The position numbers were made by a program, and so were the translations under genes. The notes under the pieces are model-generated. The model did not search any database. It was not told the origin of the DNA and saw only the letters and a list, made by a program, of their open reading frames with translations. From positions 1 to 62,696 of IMG/VR virus record IMGVR_UViG_3300021379_000628: a DNA stretch of 62,696 nucleotides. One strand, 5' to 3'. This DNA comes from a virus. Lineage: Duplodnaviria > Caudoviricetes. Positions 38,286 to 47,708 of this stretch are shown in pieces (the stretch's first letter is position 1; each line of letters begins with the position of its first letter).

Positions 38286-38437
38286 ATTATCCAAACCCAG
38301 ACAAACACTTTTGGGCTAGCGTGACAAAGAGTGTTATAAGAGTAGTAGGCTATTGTCTCATACCTTTTAACTTAGAATTTGCTGTAGGAATATTAATAGC
38401 AAGCGAGGTTATAGGTGTATTAGAAGAACTAGTATGA
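38282..38437 (+). CDS. 51-aa membrane protein
   Basis: HFWASVTKSVIR..GY...AE-like motif; ATGA coupling on both sides. Confidence 0.55.
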   Translation: MNYPNPDKHFWASVTKSVIRVVGYCLIPFNLEFAVGILIASEVIGVLEELV

Positions 38438-39195
38438 AGAAATATAACGTACAAAACTACGTAAGATTTAAGAACGACTTGAAGCAGTCAATAAATGCTA
38501 TACACACTAAGCACTTCTTAGACTATACGCGTGATGAATTAATTGTAAAGTTTATTCCACTTGTGGAAAATCTTGCTCGTAAATTTTCAACATCACAACA
38601 AGCATCTGGTGTGTTAAGTATAAACGATTTGATTCAAGATGGTTGCGAAGGTCTTATAAAAGCTGTAGATAAGTTAGAGTATAGTACTCTCTCTGATTCA
38701 GATGACATAGAAAAAACATTAAAGTCTTTCTTTTCAAAACGCATCAAAGGCGCTATTCGTAGACGTATCGATGCGGCTAGAGGTGATATGCGTATACCAG
38801 AACATAAAATGAATGAGATACGTAAAAACCCTAAAGATAAGAAAATGGTTGAAATGTTTTTTAACTCTATGTTTTTATCTATCGATGCTCAGCCTTCAAA
38901 TGATGAAGGCGAAACGATGATACATCAGATACAAGATAAGTCTGAGCCATATAACATAGCTCTACTTAATATGTATCTAAAAAGCTTATTACAAAAGCAT
39001 CTAAATGAAAAAGAATATCAGGTGTTACGTTTAAGCTATGGACTAGACTGCGACAAGCATTCAGCTAAACAAATCGCGGATATTTTAGACATTGAAGGTA
39101 CAAGTAATTATGTGCGTGTAAGTGAGCTAAAAAAGCAAGCAGTGCAGAAATTAATAGACAGCGTTGATCACTCACAAGTGATTGATTATCTATAG
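38434..39195 (+). CDS. RNA polymerase sigma70-family factor
   Basis: Region 2 LIVKFIPLVENLARKF..DLIQDG..GLIKAVDK; region 4 LNEKEYQVLRLSYGL..SAKQIA..VRVSELKKQAVQKL. Confidence 0.9.
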   Translation: MKKYNVQNYVRFKNDLKQSINAIHTKHFLDYTRDELIVKFIPLVENLARKFSTSQQASGVLSINDLIQDGCEGLIKAVDKLEYSTLSDSDDIEKTLKSFFSKRIKGAIRRRIDAARGDMRIPEHKMNEIRKNPKDKKMVEMFFNSMFLSIDAQPSNDEGETMIHQIQDKSEPYNIALLNMYLKSLLQKHLNEKEYQVLRLSYGLDCDKHSAKQIADILDIEGTSNYVRVSELKKQAVQKLIDSVDHSQVIDYL

Positions 39196-39258
39196 GTTAG
39201 TATGTAAAACTGTATTTTTATGTGTAATTATATTAATAAGTAAACCCACAAAACCGAT

Positions 39259-39825
39259 ATGACTTTAAACGAAAAGTTAGCAACAATTCAAACTAAATTT
39301 AAATCTAAAAAATCTAGATTTAATTCGTTCGGCAAATACTACTTCAGATCAGCCGAAGACATTCTCGAAGCAACAAAACCCTATCTATTAGAGTTGGGAG
39401 TAACAGTAACCATTAAAGAAAAGCTAGTAAAAGATTTATTTGGTGATAAGCAAGGTTATCCACCTATGATAAAATCTATAGCTACAATTAGTGATGGTGA
39501 AAATGCTATAAAAGCAACCGCAATAGTTGGTGTAGATTTAAACCAGAAAGGTATGCAAGTACCTCAACAGTTCGGATCTGCTTCGAGCTACGGTAAGAAA
39601 TATGCTTTAGGTAATTTATTTCTTATCGACGATACGCAAGACAGCGATGCTACAAATGATCACGGATCAGGTAAAACAGTAAAGCCAACACTTGCAACAA
39701 AAACTCAAGCGTTTGAAAAAGCTCTTGAATATGTTAAATCTGGTGGTAAATTAGAAGCTATTAACCAGAAATATAAAATGACGCCAGAGGCAAAGGCTGA
39801 ATTAAAGTCTGCGTCTCTGCAATAA
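39259..39825 (+). CDS. ERF-family single-strand annealing protein
   Basis: FGKYYFRSAEDILEA...Q.FGSASSYGKKYAL..LF.IDD..D.D. Confidence 0.85.
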   Translation: MTLNEKLATIQTKFKSKKSRFNSFGKYYFRSAEDILEATKPYLLELGVTVTIKEKLVKDLFGDKQGYPPMIKSIATISDGENAIKATAIVGVDLNQKGMQVPQQFGSASSYGKKYALGNLFLIDDTQDSDATNDHGSGKTVKPTLATKTQAFEKALEYVKSGGKLEAINQKYKMTPEAKAELKSASLQ

Positions 39826-39828
39826 GAG

Positions 39829-40560
39829 ATGGATAAAAAACAAATAATAAAAAAGTTAAGAAACGATGAAGATTATTACGGAGAGTTTGGTAAGAAATAC
39901 ATTAGTAATTCAGATATACGAGCTCTTCTTAGTAATCCTCTTGCTTTCGGCCAACCCTCTCAACCTTCAGCTGCTTTCTTAGTAGGTGGTTATTTTCACA
40001 CAGCTATACTTGAGCCAGATAAGCTTAAGAAATACAAAGTGATAAAATCATCTACAAGAAACACGAAGGATTACAAAGAGATGTCAGGCGGTGAGTTGTG
40101 CTTACTACAACACGAAGTTGATAAGATCGAATTAATGACTGATAAAGTCTTAAGCAACGAAGTTTGCGAAGGTCTTATACGTGGAGAGAACGTCGAGTAT
40201 GAAGTGCCTGGCATTGCTGAGATCGGAACCAATATGTGGAAAGGTAAAGCTGATATAATTAATCACGATGAAAAACTTGTGATTGATTTGAAGACTACTA
40301 GTGACCTTGATGGTTTTAGATGGTCAGCTAATAAATATAACTACGATAGTCAAGCTTATATCTATGGTAAATTATTTGGATATGAAATGCTGTTTATAGT
40401 TATAGATAAAGATACTCACCAAATAGGTATATTCGATTGCTCGCCTGAATTTTATGAGCGTGGCGCTGATAAAGTGCAAAGAGCTAATGCTGCTTATGAT
40501 TTGTTTTATAAGCAAGAGGACTTCGACCCCTCACAATATTTTATTTCAAAAACCCTTTAA
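39829..40560 (+). CDS. PD-(D/E)XK exonuclease (RecE/ExoVIII-like)
   Basis: GGYFHTAILEP, KGKAD, IDLKTT, YDSQAYIY. Confidence 0.8.
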   Translation: MDKKQIIKKLRNDEDYYGEFGKKYISNSDIRALLSNPLAFGQPSQPSAAFLVGGYFHTAILEPDKLKKYKVIKSSTRNTKDYKEMSGGELCLLQHEVDKIELMTDKVLSNEVCEGLIRGENVEYEVPGIAEIGTNMWKGKADIINHDEKLVIDLKTTSDLDGFRWSANKYNYDSQAYIYGKLFGYEMLFIVIDKDTHQIGIFDCSPEFYERGADKVQRANAAYDLFYKQEDFDPSQYFISKTL

Positions 40561-40569
40561 ACCCGTAAT

Positions 40570-40749
40570 ATGGCTAGAACAAGAAAAGCGCAAACTAAAG
40601 TTTGTACAGTAACAGGAATTGAAACCGATGTAAATAATTTTTACGCTAATCAAAATCATGTAAAAGCTGTAGATAATCTTAGACGTAATAGTAATGCGAC
40701 TAAAGATCAGTTACAGCGTATGTTTAACCAAATTAATTCTTACGTATAA
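40570..40749 (+). CDS. 59-aa hypothetical protein
   Basis: MARTRKAQTKVCTVTG...; TAATG coupling. Confidence 0.55.
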   Translation: MARTRKAQTKVCTVTGIETDVNNFYANQNHVKAVDNLRRNSNATKDQLQRMFNQINSYV

Positions 40750-41069
40750 TGGCTAGTATTATAGCAACAAGTATTGATCTTACTAAAATCCCAAAGAATA
40801 AGATCATTGATGGAAAAAAGGGTAAGTATTTACCTATTACAATAACTTTAAATGATGAGGTAGATCAATTCGGAAACAACGGTCCAGTTATCGTAACACA
40901 ATCTAAAGAAGAACGTGATGCGAAACAAGATAAAGTATATCTTGGTAATGTGAAAGTTGTATGGACTAATGGCGAGAATGTAGCCGCAGCACCACGTGAT
41001 GGACAGCCTGCACAAGCAGCACCAGCAATGGCAGCGGCTCCAGCTCCTGAAGACGATCTACCGTTTTAA
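40749..41069 (+). CDS. ssb: Single-stranded DNA-binding protein
   Basis: IDLTKI..GKY...DQFGN...YLGN core, flexible linker, acidic DDLPF tail. Confidence 0.75.
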   Translation: MASIIATSIDLTKIPKNKIIDGKKGKYLPITITLNDEVDQFGNNGPVIVTQSKEERDAKQDKVYLGNVKVVWTNGENVAAAPRDGQPAQAAPAMAAAPAPEDDLPF

Positions 41070-41072
41070 TTT

Positions 41073-42782
41073 ATGCAGACAACAGAGATCAATGGATTCT
41101 TGATTGACACGTTCAATCAATATGGTCTAGAAGAAGGTAAAACGCAGGGGATTTGTCCCCTGTGTTCGTCTGATAGACAACCCAAAAACCAGAAAGCAAA
41201 ATGTGCTTCATACGATTGGGAACGTGGTCTTGGTACTTGTCATAATTGTAATACAACTTTTCAGTTACATAGTTATCAACGTAAAGGTGCTAGTGAAAAG
41301 GTTTATGTTAGACCTGAAGAAACTCATTATCCACCAGTTAAAGATAAGGTAACTGAATGGTTTGAAAATCGTGGTATATCACAAAGGACTCTTGACGATC
41401 TTAAGGTTAGTCAAGGTCCTGAGTGGATGCCGCAGACTGGTAAGACCGAGAATACCATACAGTTTAATTATTTAATGGGCGATCAACTTATTAATATTAA
41501 ATACCGAGACGGCAGGAAAAACTTTAAACTATATAAAGGTGCTGAAAAAGTATTTTACAATATTAATAGTATTGTTGGTTATAAAGATTGTATAATTACT
41601 GAAGGTGAAATGGATGTACTAGCTTTTCATGAAGCTGGTGTTAAAAACGTAGTATCAGTTCCAAATGGCGCTACACTTACAAATAATAATTTAGATTACT
41701 TAGATAATTGTATTGATTATTTCGAAGATAAAGAAAGAATATTACTTGCAGTTGATTCAGATGAAGCTGGACAGATGTTACAGCAAGAGCTTATTCGTAG
41801 GCTTGGAGCTGAAGTTTGTTTTCTAATAGACTTTGATGAGTGTAAAGATGCTAATGAATACTTAATTAAATATGGAAAAGACGAGCTGGCAAAGCGTGTT
41901 ACAAAAGCAAGACCAGTACCACTGGAAAATGTTACAACTTTCAAAGACATCGAAGGCGAGATTACTGACTTCGTTACTAACGGATTCAAGCCGGGATACC
42001 AAGTTGGCCTTCCGAATTTTGATGACATATTTTCGACTTATACTGGTCAATTCATTACTGTTACTGGCATTCCGTCCAGCGGTAAGTCAGACTTTGTTGA
42101 CCAAATGGTGGTTGGCTATAATTCGAACTATGGGTGGAAAACAGCATTTGCTTCGCCAGAAAATGCTCCGACTTATTTACACGCACATAAGTTAATGCGT
42201 AAAGTATGGGGTGACATGCCTAATAAATCAGATATTGGTGGTGATAAATGGAAGCAGGTTGCTGAGCATGTAAACGACAATTTCTTTTTTATAGACATGG
42301 AACGTTATACCCTTGAATCTGTATTACGTAAAGGTGCTGAACTTGTGAAACGTAAAGGTATTAAGTGTTTGGTTATTGATCCATTTAATAAAGTACGAGA
42401 TGTTGATGCTAAAACAGAAGACATAAACAGATACACAATGGATTATTTACAGAAGATAGAAATGTTCTGTAAGAAATATGATGTACTTGTTTTTATTGTA
42501 GCGCATCCAACTAAAATGTATAAAGATAAAGATGGAAATATCGAAGAGCCGACGATGTATAATATTAAGGGCGGTGGTGAATGGTATGATGCTAGTTATC
42601 ACGGTTTATTAGTACATCGCAATTACGAAGAGAAAACAGTTAAAGCTAAAGTTCTTAAGGTTAAGTTTCAAAACCTTGGTGAAAACGGTGCTGAAGCACA
42701 TTTCAAATGGGAACCAAAGTCAGGTTGTTTTCTTCCTCACGTACCTATGGTTACAGATCTTGAGCCAATGCCTTGGGAATAA
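41073..42782 (+). CDS. T7 gp4/Twinkle-like primase-helicase
   Basis: Zn finger CPLC..CHNC, TOPRIM EGEMD/DSDEAG/KDANE, Walker A GIPSSGKS, LVIDP, VAHPTK. Confidence 0.92.
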   Translation: MQTTEINGFLIDTFNQYGLEEGKTQGICPLCSSDRQPKNQKAKCASYDWERGLGTCHNCNTTFQLHSYQRKGASEKVYVRPEETHYPPVKDKVTEWFENRGISQRTLDDLKVSQGPEWMPQTGKTENTIQFNYLMGDQLINIKYRDGRKNFKLYKGAEKVFYNINSIVGYKDCIITEGEMDVLAFHEAGVKNVVSVPNGATLTNNNLDYLDNCIDYFEDKERILLAVDSDEAGQMLQQELIRRLGAEVCFLIDFDECKDANEYLIKYGKDELAKRVTKARPVPLENVTTFKDIEGEITDFVTNGFKPGYQVGLPNFDDIFSTYTGQFITVTGIPSSGKSDFVDQMVVGYNSNYGWKTAFASPENAPTYLHAHKLMRKVWGDMPNKSDIGGDKWKQVAEHVNDNFFFIDMERYTLESVLRKGAELVKRKGIKCLVIDPFNKVRDVDAKTEDINRYTMDYLQKIEMFCKKYDVLVFIVAHPTKMYKDKDGNIEEPTMYNIKGGGEWYDASYHGLLVHRNYEEKTVKAKVLKVKFQNLGENGAEAHFKWEPKSGCFLPHVPMVTDLEPMPWE

Positions 42783-43051
42783 TGGCAGCGGCTTGGAATA
42801 AGAAAAAGAACGAATGGAATATGGGTGAGCATAACCCAACAGAAGAGCAAGTAGAAGCTCGACTGTGGTGTATCAAAAATGCTATACACATTTCTCCTCT
42901 CGCTAAGGAACCAGGTAAATGGTGGATTGATATAACAATAAACGGAAAAACAAACAGATCTCCTTACGCTTACATAGCAGGCGACATTTGGAAAAAGGTC
43001 TACGAATACTACGAATATTATTATGAGAAATATTTTCGAAACAGCAAATGA
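42773..43051 (+). CDS. Hypothetical protein
   Basis: About 89-92-aa ORF. Confidence 0.55.
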   Translation: MGIMAAAWNKKKNEWNMGEHNPTEEQVEARLWCIKNAIHISPLAKEPGKWWIDITINGKTNRSPYAYIAGDIWKKVYEYYEYYYEKYFRNSK

Positions 43052-43664
43052 AGCTTACGAGTATTACCACAATGAGATCATTGTAAATGGTATCTCGTTT
43101 GGCGATACTAAAGCTTTATTTAATATTGGTTTTACAATAACAAATCCAAGTGACAAAATAATCACAAATAAAGAACGTGATTGGAATCACAGATATGCGG
43201 AAGCTGAATGGAAATGGTATTTATCTGGAAACCCTAGTATTAAGAAACTAGGTGAACTATATGGTAGTATACCACCAATTTGGCAACGTATGGCAGATGA
43301 TAAAGGTAAAGTTAATTCAAACTACGGTTGGCAATGGAAACGTAAAGACCAATTGCATAACGTAATAGAGTTATTAAAAAAGCAGAAAGACACTAGACAG
43401 GCAGCTATAACAATTTATGATGCTAAGGAAATGTGGAAATATGAACATGACACACCTTGTACGTATGCTGTTCAATTTACAGTTGTAAATAATAAACTGT
43501 ATATGTCAGTCTATATGCGTTCTAATGATCTCTGGTACGGTTTCTGTAATGATCAATATCAATTTGCATCATTACAACAATTAGTTGCAGAAAAGCTATC
43601 TATTGAAACAGGTAGTTATTATCATCACGCACACAATTTACACTTATATAACAATAAACTTTAA
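43023..43664 (+). CDS. Thymidylate synthase-fold enzyme with dCMP-type signature (putative dCMP methyl/hydroxymethyltransferase)
   Basis: DTRQA, catalytic PC, MRSNDLWYGFCND, NLHLY. Confidence 0.75.
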   Translation: MRNIFETANEAYEYYHNEIIVNGISFGDTKALFNIGFTITNPSDKIITNKERDWNHRYAEAEWKWYLSGNPSIKKLGELYGSIPPIWQRMADDKGKVNSNYGWQWKRKDQLHNVIELLKKQKDTRQAAITIYDAKEMWKYEHDTPCTYAVQFTVVNNKLYMSVYMRSNDLWYGFCNDQYQFASLQQLVAEKLSIETGSYYHHAHNLHLYNNKL

Positions 43665-44450
43665 ATGTATTATTTATATCACATACCGGGTAAAAAGATC
43701 GGCATTACGCGTGATCTTAATACTCGGGTTACTCTTGTACAAGGTTACAAGGAGGGAGAGTATGAAGTTCTTGAGCAGTCAGACGATATAGATTATATAT
43801 CAGACCGCGAAATAGAACTTCAACAGTCTTATGGCTATAAGGTTGATAGAAAATTATATAAAAATCTTTTTAATAAAATGCGAATAAATCCAACAGAGCA
43901 AACATCAACATTCCCAGTACCCGTTGCTAAACTCAAAGGCAACTTATTGGATAACAAAGGTTTAACATGGCACACTCCACACGGACAATTTGAAATTAAT
44001 GACCAAACCATACCATGGATCTTGGCTAATGTAAAAACGTCTATGTACGATAATAATCGTTGCTATATTTATAATAAAGCTTTTTACGAAGCGTTCATAG
44101 CTGAACCAGCATATGAAAAAACTAAACACGTAAAGAAAAGTAATTGGGATGCAGTCTCAGTGTTTGGTAATATTCGTAATTGGGCTGATAAAAGAGGAAT
44201 ATATGAAAATGGAGATGTTAAAACGCAGTATATCAAACTTATGGAAGAAGTCGGCGAGCTCGCAAAAGCAATTCTCAAAGACGATAAAGATGAGTTCGTT
44301 GATGCTATTGGTGATGCCGTTGTGGTACTTACCAATCTTGCCACTTTGGGTGGTTTCGATATTGAACATTGTATTGATAGTGCCTACAGCGAAATCAGCA
44401 ATAGAACTGGATCTATGGTAAACGGAACATTTGTTAAAGATGAAAATTAA
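43665..44450 (+). CDS. Fusion: GIY-YIG-like N-terminus plus C-terminal MazG-like NTP pyrophosphatase
   Basis: YYLYH..KIGITRDL..R; C-terminal KLMEEVGELA..DAIGD..VVL. Confidence 0.75.
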   Translation: MYYLYHIPGKKIGITRDLNTRVTLVQGYKEGEYEVLEQSDDIDYISDREIELQQSYGYKVDRKLYKNLFNKMRINPTEQTSTFPVPVAKLKGNLLDNKGLTWHTPHGQFEINDQTIPWILANVKTSMYDNNRCYIYNKAFYEAFIAEPAYEKTKHVKKSNWDAVSVFGNIRNWADKRGIYENGDVKTQYIKLMEEVGELAKAILKDDKDEFVDAIGDAVVVLTNLATLGGFDIEHCIDSAYSEISNRTGSMVNGTFVKDEN

Positions 44451-44784
44451 AACTAAAGACGAAATTGTACGCAGAGTGCTTGCTAAAATGGACGAACGTA
44501 GTTTAGTTGGTCAGAAAAAGTACGGAGCTACAATGATGGGTGAAATTGAAAACCAGGTCAAGGACTTAAATAGGTTTTTAGTAGATGTTCAAGAAGAACT
44601 AATGGATGCATTATTATATATCGAAGCAGCAAAAACTTGTTTGCAAGATGAAATTGAAGAAGCTATGTTAAAACGCATGAACATAATAGGTCAAAATGGA
44701 AACGATGGTTTACATTATGATTTAAGTCCATGCGCTAACTATGAGCTTTATAACATGGAAGTTAATGATCAAGAAACCTTATAA
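44431..44784 (+). CDS. Small all-alpha nucleotide pyrophosphatase-like protein
   Basis: RS.VG.KKYG...QEELMDALLY motif. Confidence 0.45.
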   Translation: MLKMKIKTKDEIVRRVLAKMDERSLVGQKKYGATMMGEIENQVKDLNRFLVDVQEELMDALLYIEAAKTCLQDEIEEAMLKRMNIIGQNGNDGLHYDLSPCANYELYNMEVNDQETL

Positions 44785-45229
44785 AAAAAGAAGCAAAAAA
44801 CGCGGGCCAGTGCAAGCAAAGAAAATATCATATGATGGTATTAACTTTGCTTCAGGCCTTGAGCGTTATATGTATATGGCTCTTAAAAAAGCAAAAATTA
44901 AAGCTAAATACGAGGGAGAAACTTTTGTACTAGTAAACGGTTTTCATTTTGAAAACGAATGTTACGCTAGGCAAGCTAATGGTAAAGGTGGTTTTCAAAA
45001 CAGAGGAGGTAAACGTATACTACCAATAAAGTATACACCAGATTTTATCGGCGACAACTTTATAATTGAATGTAAAGGTCGCGCTAATGAATCTTTTCCG
45101 ATGCGTTGGAAACTATTTAAAAAGCTAGTAACAGAACAATTTCCTAATATTACTTTATATAAACCACAAAATCAAGCAGAATGCGACGCGACTATAAAGC
45201 TAATTCAAAATCAGGCAAACACTCTTTAA
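44741..45229 (+). CDS. T7 endonuclease I-like Holliday-junction resolvase
   Basis: FASGLE, YE, YTPDF, IIECKG. Confidence 0.8.
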   Translation: MSFITWKLMIKKPYKKRSKKRGPVQAKKISYDGINFASGLERYMYMALKKAKIKAKYEGETFVLVNGFHFENECYARQANGKGGFQNRGGKRILPIKYTPDFIGDNFIIECKGRANESFPMRWKLFKKLVTEQFPNITLYKPQNQAECDATIKLIQNQANTL

Positions 45230-45375
45230 GCATTGCTAAACAAGTAGCAAGACAAAAATATGCCGAACGACAAATTGACAAGTGGGTTAAATGGAGTATA
45301 GAAAATAGAGGTAAACTAATATATAAAGAATTAGTAGAAATGCAAACTAAATATGGAATAAAATGTTATGGCTAA
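45181..45375 (+). CDS. Hypothetical protein
   Basis: 64-aa ORF. Confidence 0.45.
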   Translation: MRRDYKANSKSGKHSLSIAKQVARQKYAERQIDKWVKWSIENRGKLIYKELVEMQTKYGIKCYG

Positions 45376-45502
45376 ATTAATATTAGGTAATTATTTAAAA
45401 AAGCCAAAGGTTAGAAGACCTGGTACACACGCTAAAACAAAAACTAGTAATTTAAAACAAAGTAAAAATTATGTCAAAAAATATAGAGGACAAGGAAAGT
45501 AA
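45368..45502 (+). CDS. 44-aa basic protein
   Basis: Ends in KKYRGQGK. Confidence 0.55.
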   Translation: MAKLILGNYLKKPKVRRPGTHAKTKTSNLKQSKNYVKKYRGQGK

Positions 45503-45635
45503 ACCAAACTGGACATTATCATTTGGGTTTTACCCTGGTATTTTATTAGGTATTAGAACTTATGAAGAAGATGAGCAAACAGCTTACGTTTTATATCTTC
45601 CTTTTATTGACATTGCTCTTGAAGTTTATCACTAA
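45471..45635 (+). CDS. 54-aa hydrophobic hypothetical protein
   Basis: GFYPGILLGIRTY..VLYLPFID; TAATG coupling to nrdB. Confidence 0.5.
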   Translation: MSKNIEDKESKPNWTLSFGFYPGILLGIRTYEEDEQTAYVLYLPFIDIALEVYH

Positions 45636-46603
45636 TGGGATTGTTTGATGAGCGCGTGGCGTACAAACCGTTTGAATATCCAGATTACTATACCGAAGGT
45701 TGGTTGAAACAAGCACAAGCTTTTTGGTTGCACACTGAAATACCAATGCAAGGTGATATTAAGGACTGGAAAGAGAAACTTACACCAGCTGAAAAGAACC
45801 TAGTAGGAAATATCTTACTAGGTTTTGCTCAGACCGAGTGTGCTGTTTCAGATTATTGGACACAAAAAGTTGTTAGTTGGTTTCCTAAACATGAAATACA
45901 ACAAATGGCTATGATGTTTGGATCCCAAGAAACAATACATGCAGTTGCTTATAGTTATTTAAATGAAACACTCGGCCTTGAAGACTTTGAAGCGTTTTTA
46001 CACGACCCTGCTACTGCTGCACGTTTTGAGAATTTGGTTGCTTATAGTGGGGATAATCCTAAAGGAATTGGGACTAGTCTCGCTATCTTTTCAGCGTTTG
46101 CAGAAGGCGTGTCTTTATATTCTGCTTTTGCTGTGTTGTACAGCTTTCAGCTACGGAATCTACTTAAAGGCATCGGACAACAAATGAAATGGAGTGTACG
46201 TGATGAATCACTACACAGTAAAATGGGTTGTAAATTATTCAGAGACATGTGCGCTGAGAATAATCAGCTATTAGGTTTGTGTAGAGATGATATTATCAAA
46301 GCGGCTGAAACAATGGTAAAGCTAGAAACAGCTTACATTAAAAAGATGTTTGAAGCTGGTGATATTGAAGGCATTAGCGCAAATGATTTAATACATTTTA
46401 TAAAAAAGAGAGCAAATGAAAAACTCGTTGAACTCGGTTACCTCGATCTTGGATCGTATTTCCCATTTGACAAAGACGCAGCAAGTAATCTTGATTGGTT
46501 CTATCATCTTACCGGGGGGCACACTCATACTGATTTTTTCGCGATTCGGCCGACGGATTATTCGAAAGCTGGTGAAGGAGAGGATTTCGAAGACATTTGG
46601 TAA
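45635..46603 (+). CDS. nrdB: Ribonucleotide reductase class I beta subunit
   Basis: Metal ligands QTE, ETIH..AY, EG, DESLH; C-terminal DFFA...Y. Confidence 0.92.
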   Translation: MGLFDERVAYKPFEYPDYYTEGWLKQAQAFWLHTEIPMQGDIKDWKEKLTPAEKNLVGNILLGFAQTECAVSDYWTQKVVSWFPKHEIQQMAMMFGSQETIHAVAYSYLNETLGLEDFEAFLHDPATAARFENLVAYSGDNPKGIGTSLAIFSAFAEGVSLYSAFAVLYSFQLRNLLKGIGQQMKWSVRDESLHSKMGCKLFRDMCAENNQLLGLCRDDIIKAAETMVKLETAYIKKMFEAGDIEGISANDLIHFIKKRANEKLVELGYLDLGSYFPFDKDAASNLDWFYHLTGGHTHTDFFAIRPTDYSKAGEGEDFEDIW

Positions 46604-46629
46604 ACTTATAACTGAAAAAGAAATGAGAG

Positions 46630-47202
46630 ATGATTTATTTGGTAGATAATTTTTTACCAGCTAATTTATATAACGAACTTGTAACATATTGTGATAAGTT
46701 CAAAGAAGTTAAAACACCTGGTAAATCTTTCTGGATTAAAGAAGTTCCAAAAGAGCTAACTGATTATATCGTTGAATCACTAGAGAATTTTGAAGGACGT
46801 AAAATAAACTGTATACTTAGTTTTTTACGTGAAGCAAAAGAAGGTCAAGATAACGACTGGAGAATACATAATGATACTGTAATAGAAGGTCAACAACCTG
46901 ATAGAGCTATAGTATTATTTTTAAAGTCAAGTGAAGACAATATTCACGGTACAGCTTTTTGGGAGCACAACGATTATGGTTATACATATAGTAGTAGTGA
47001 TGTTAAAGAGTTTAATCGGATGCTTGAAGAAGATGCTAACGACAGAAGTAAATGGAAATTAAATTCAGTTATAGGTTATAGAGATAATAGACTATTGTCG
47101 TATCCTTCTGAATATTTTCACAGTAAGTATCCAAATGAATATAAAGATCAAAGAATAGTATTAGTAATGTTTTATAAATATGCAAGGACAGAAACAAAGT
47201 AG
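46630..47202 (+). CDS. 2OG-Fe(II) oxygenase-like protein
   Basis: IHND (HxD), GTAFW, NRLLSY..YFHS, R.V.V.F. Confidence 0.7.
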   Translation: MIYLVDNFLPANLYNELVTYCDKFKEVKTPGKSFWIKEVPKELTDYIVESLENFEGRKINCILSFLREAKEGQDNDWRIHNDTVIEGQQPDRAIVLFLKSSEDNIHGTAFWEHNDYGYTYSSSDVKEFNRMLEEDANDRSKWKLNSVIGYRDNRLLSYPSEYFHSKYPNEYKDQRIVLVMFYKYARTETK

Positions 47203-47416
47203 AGTTGATAATCTTGAAAAACGTATGGCAGCAGCTGTTAAAGTTATTCAAGCGTTAATAAATGAAACAGAAAATTTAAAGACCATGGTATTTGGTCAGC
47301 AAGAGTTGTTGAAACAGTTTAAAGAATATAATAAAGCTTTAGAAAAATTAAAGAATATAAATGAGGAAATGCAACAAGTGTCAGAAGGAGAAGCCAAATT
47401 GGAAGTTCCGGAATGA
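47180..47416 (+). CDS. Coiled-coil hypothetical protein
   Basis: 78-aa ORF. Confidence 0.55.
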   Translation: MQGQKQSRVDNLEKRMAAAVKVIQALINETENLKTMVFGQQELLKQFKEYNKALEKLKNINEEMQQVSEGEAKLEVPE

Positions 47417-47708
47417 CAAAAAAAAGACTTGCAAAAAATGTGAGTTTAGACTTAAACAAAGAATACTTAGATCTTTAGTACATAATAGAAGATTAACACC
47501 TGTTGAAAGAATAGCAAATAGATTAGGATATATGGGTTCGGCATTTATGATGACGAGCCCTCATCTTCTACCAGAGCCAATAGGTATTAAAACATATATA
47601 CTAGCTGGGCTGTTATCATTGCCTCAAGTAATTGTAGCAAAACAGTGGAACTTAGTGTTGGTAAATTTAAATGTAGCAATAGCATATACAATTTTATTTT
47701 TTAAATAA
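47361..47708 (+). CDS. Zn-finger plus membrane hypothetical protein
   Basis: CNKC..CKKC followed by hydrophobic helices. Confidence 0.5.
   Translation: MRKCNKCQKEKPNWKFRNDKKKTCKKCEFRLKQRILRSLVHNRRLTPVERIANRLGYMGSAFMMTSPHLLPEPIGIKTYILAGLLSLPQVIVAKQWNLVLVNLNVAIAYTILFFK

Noticed and set aside
43023-43664. Calling this gene thyA
   Set aside because: The specificity position is Asp rather than Asn, so dUMP specificity cannot be assumed.
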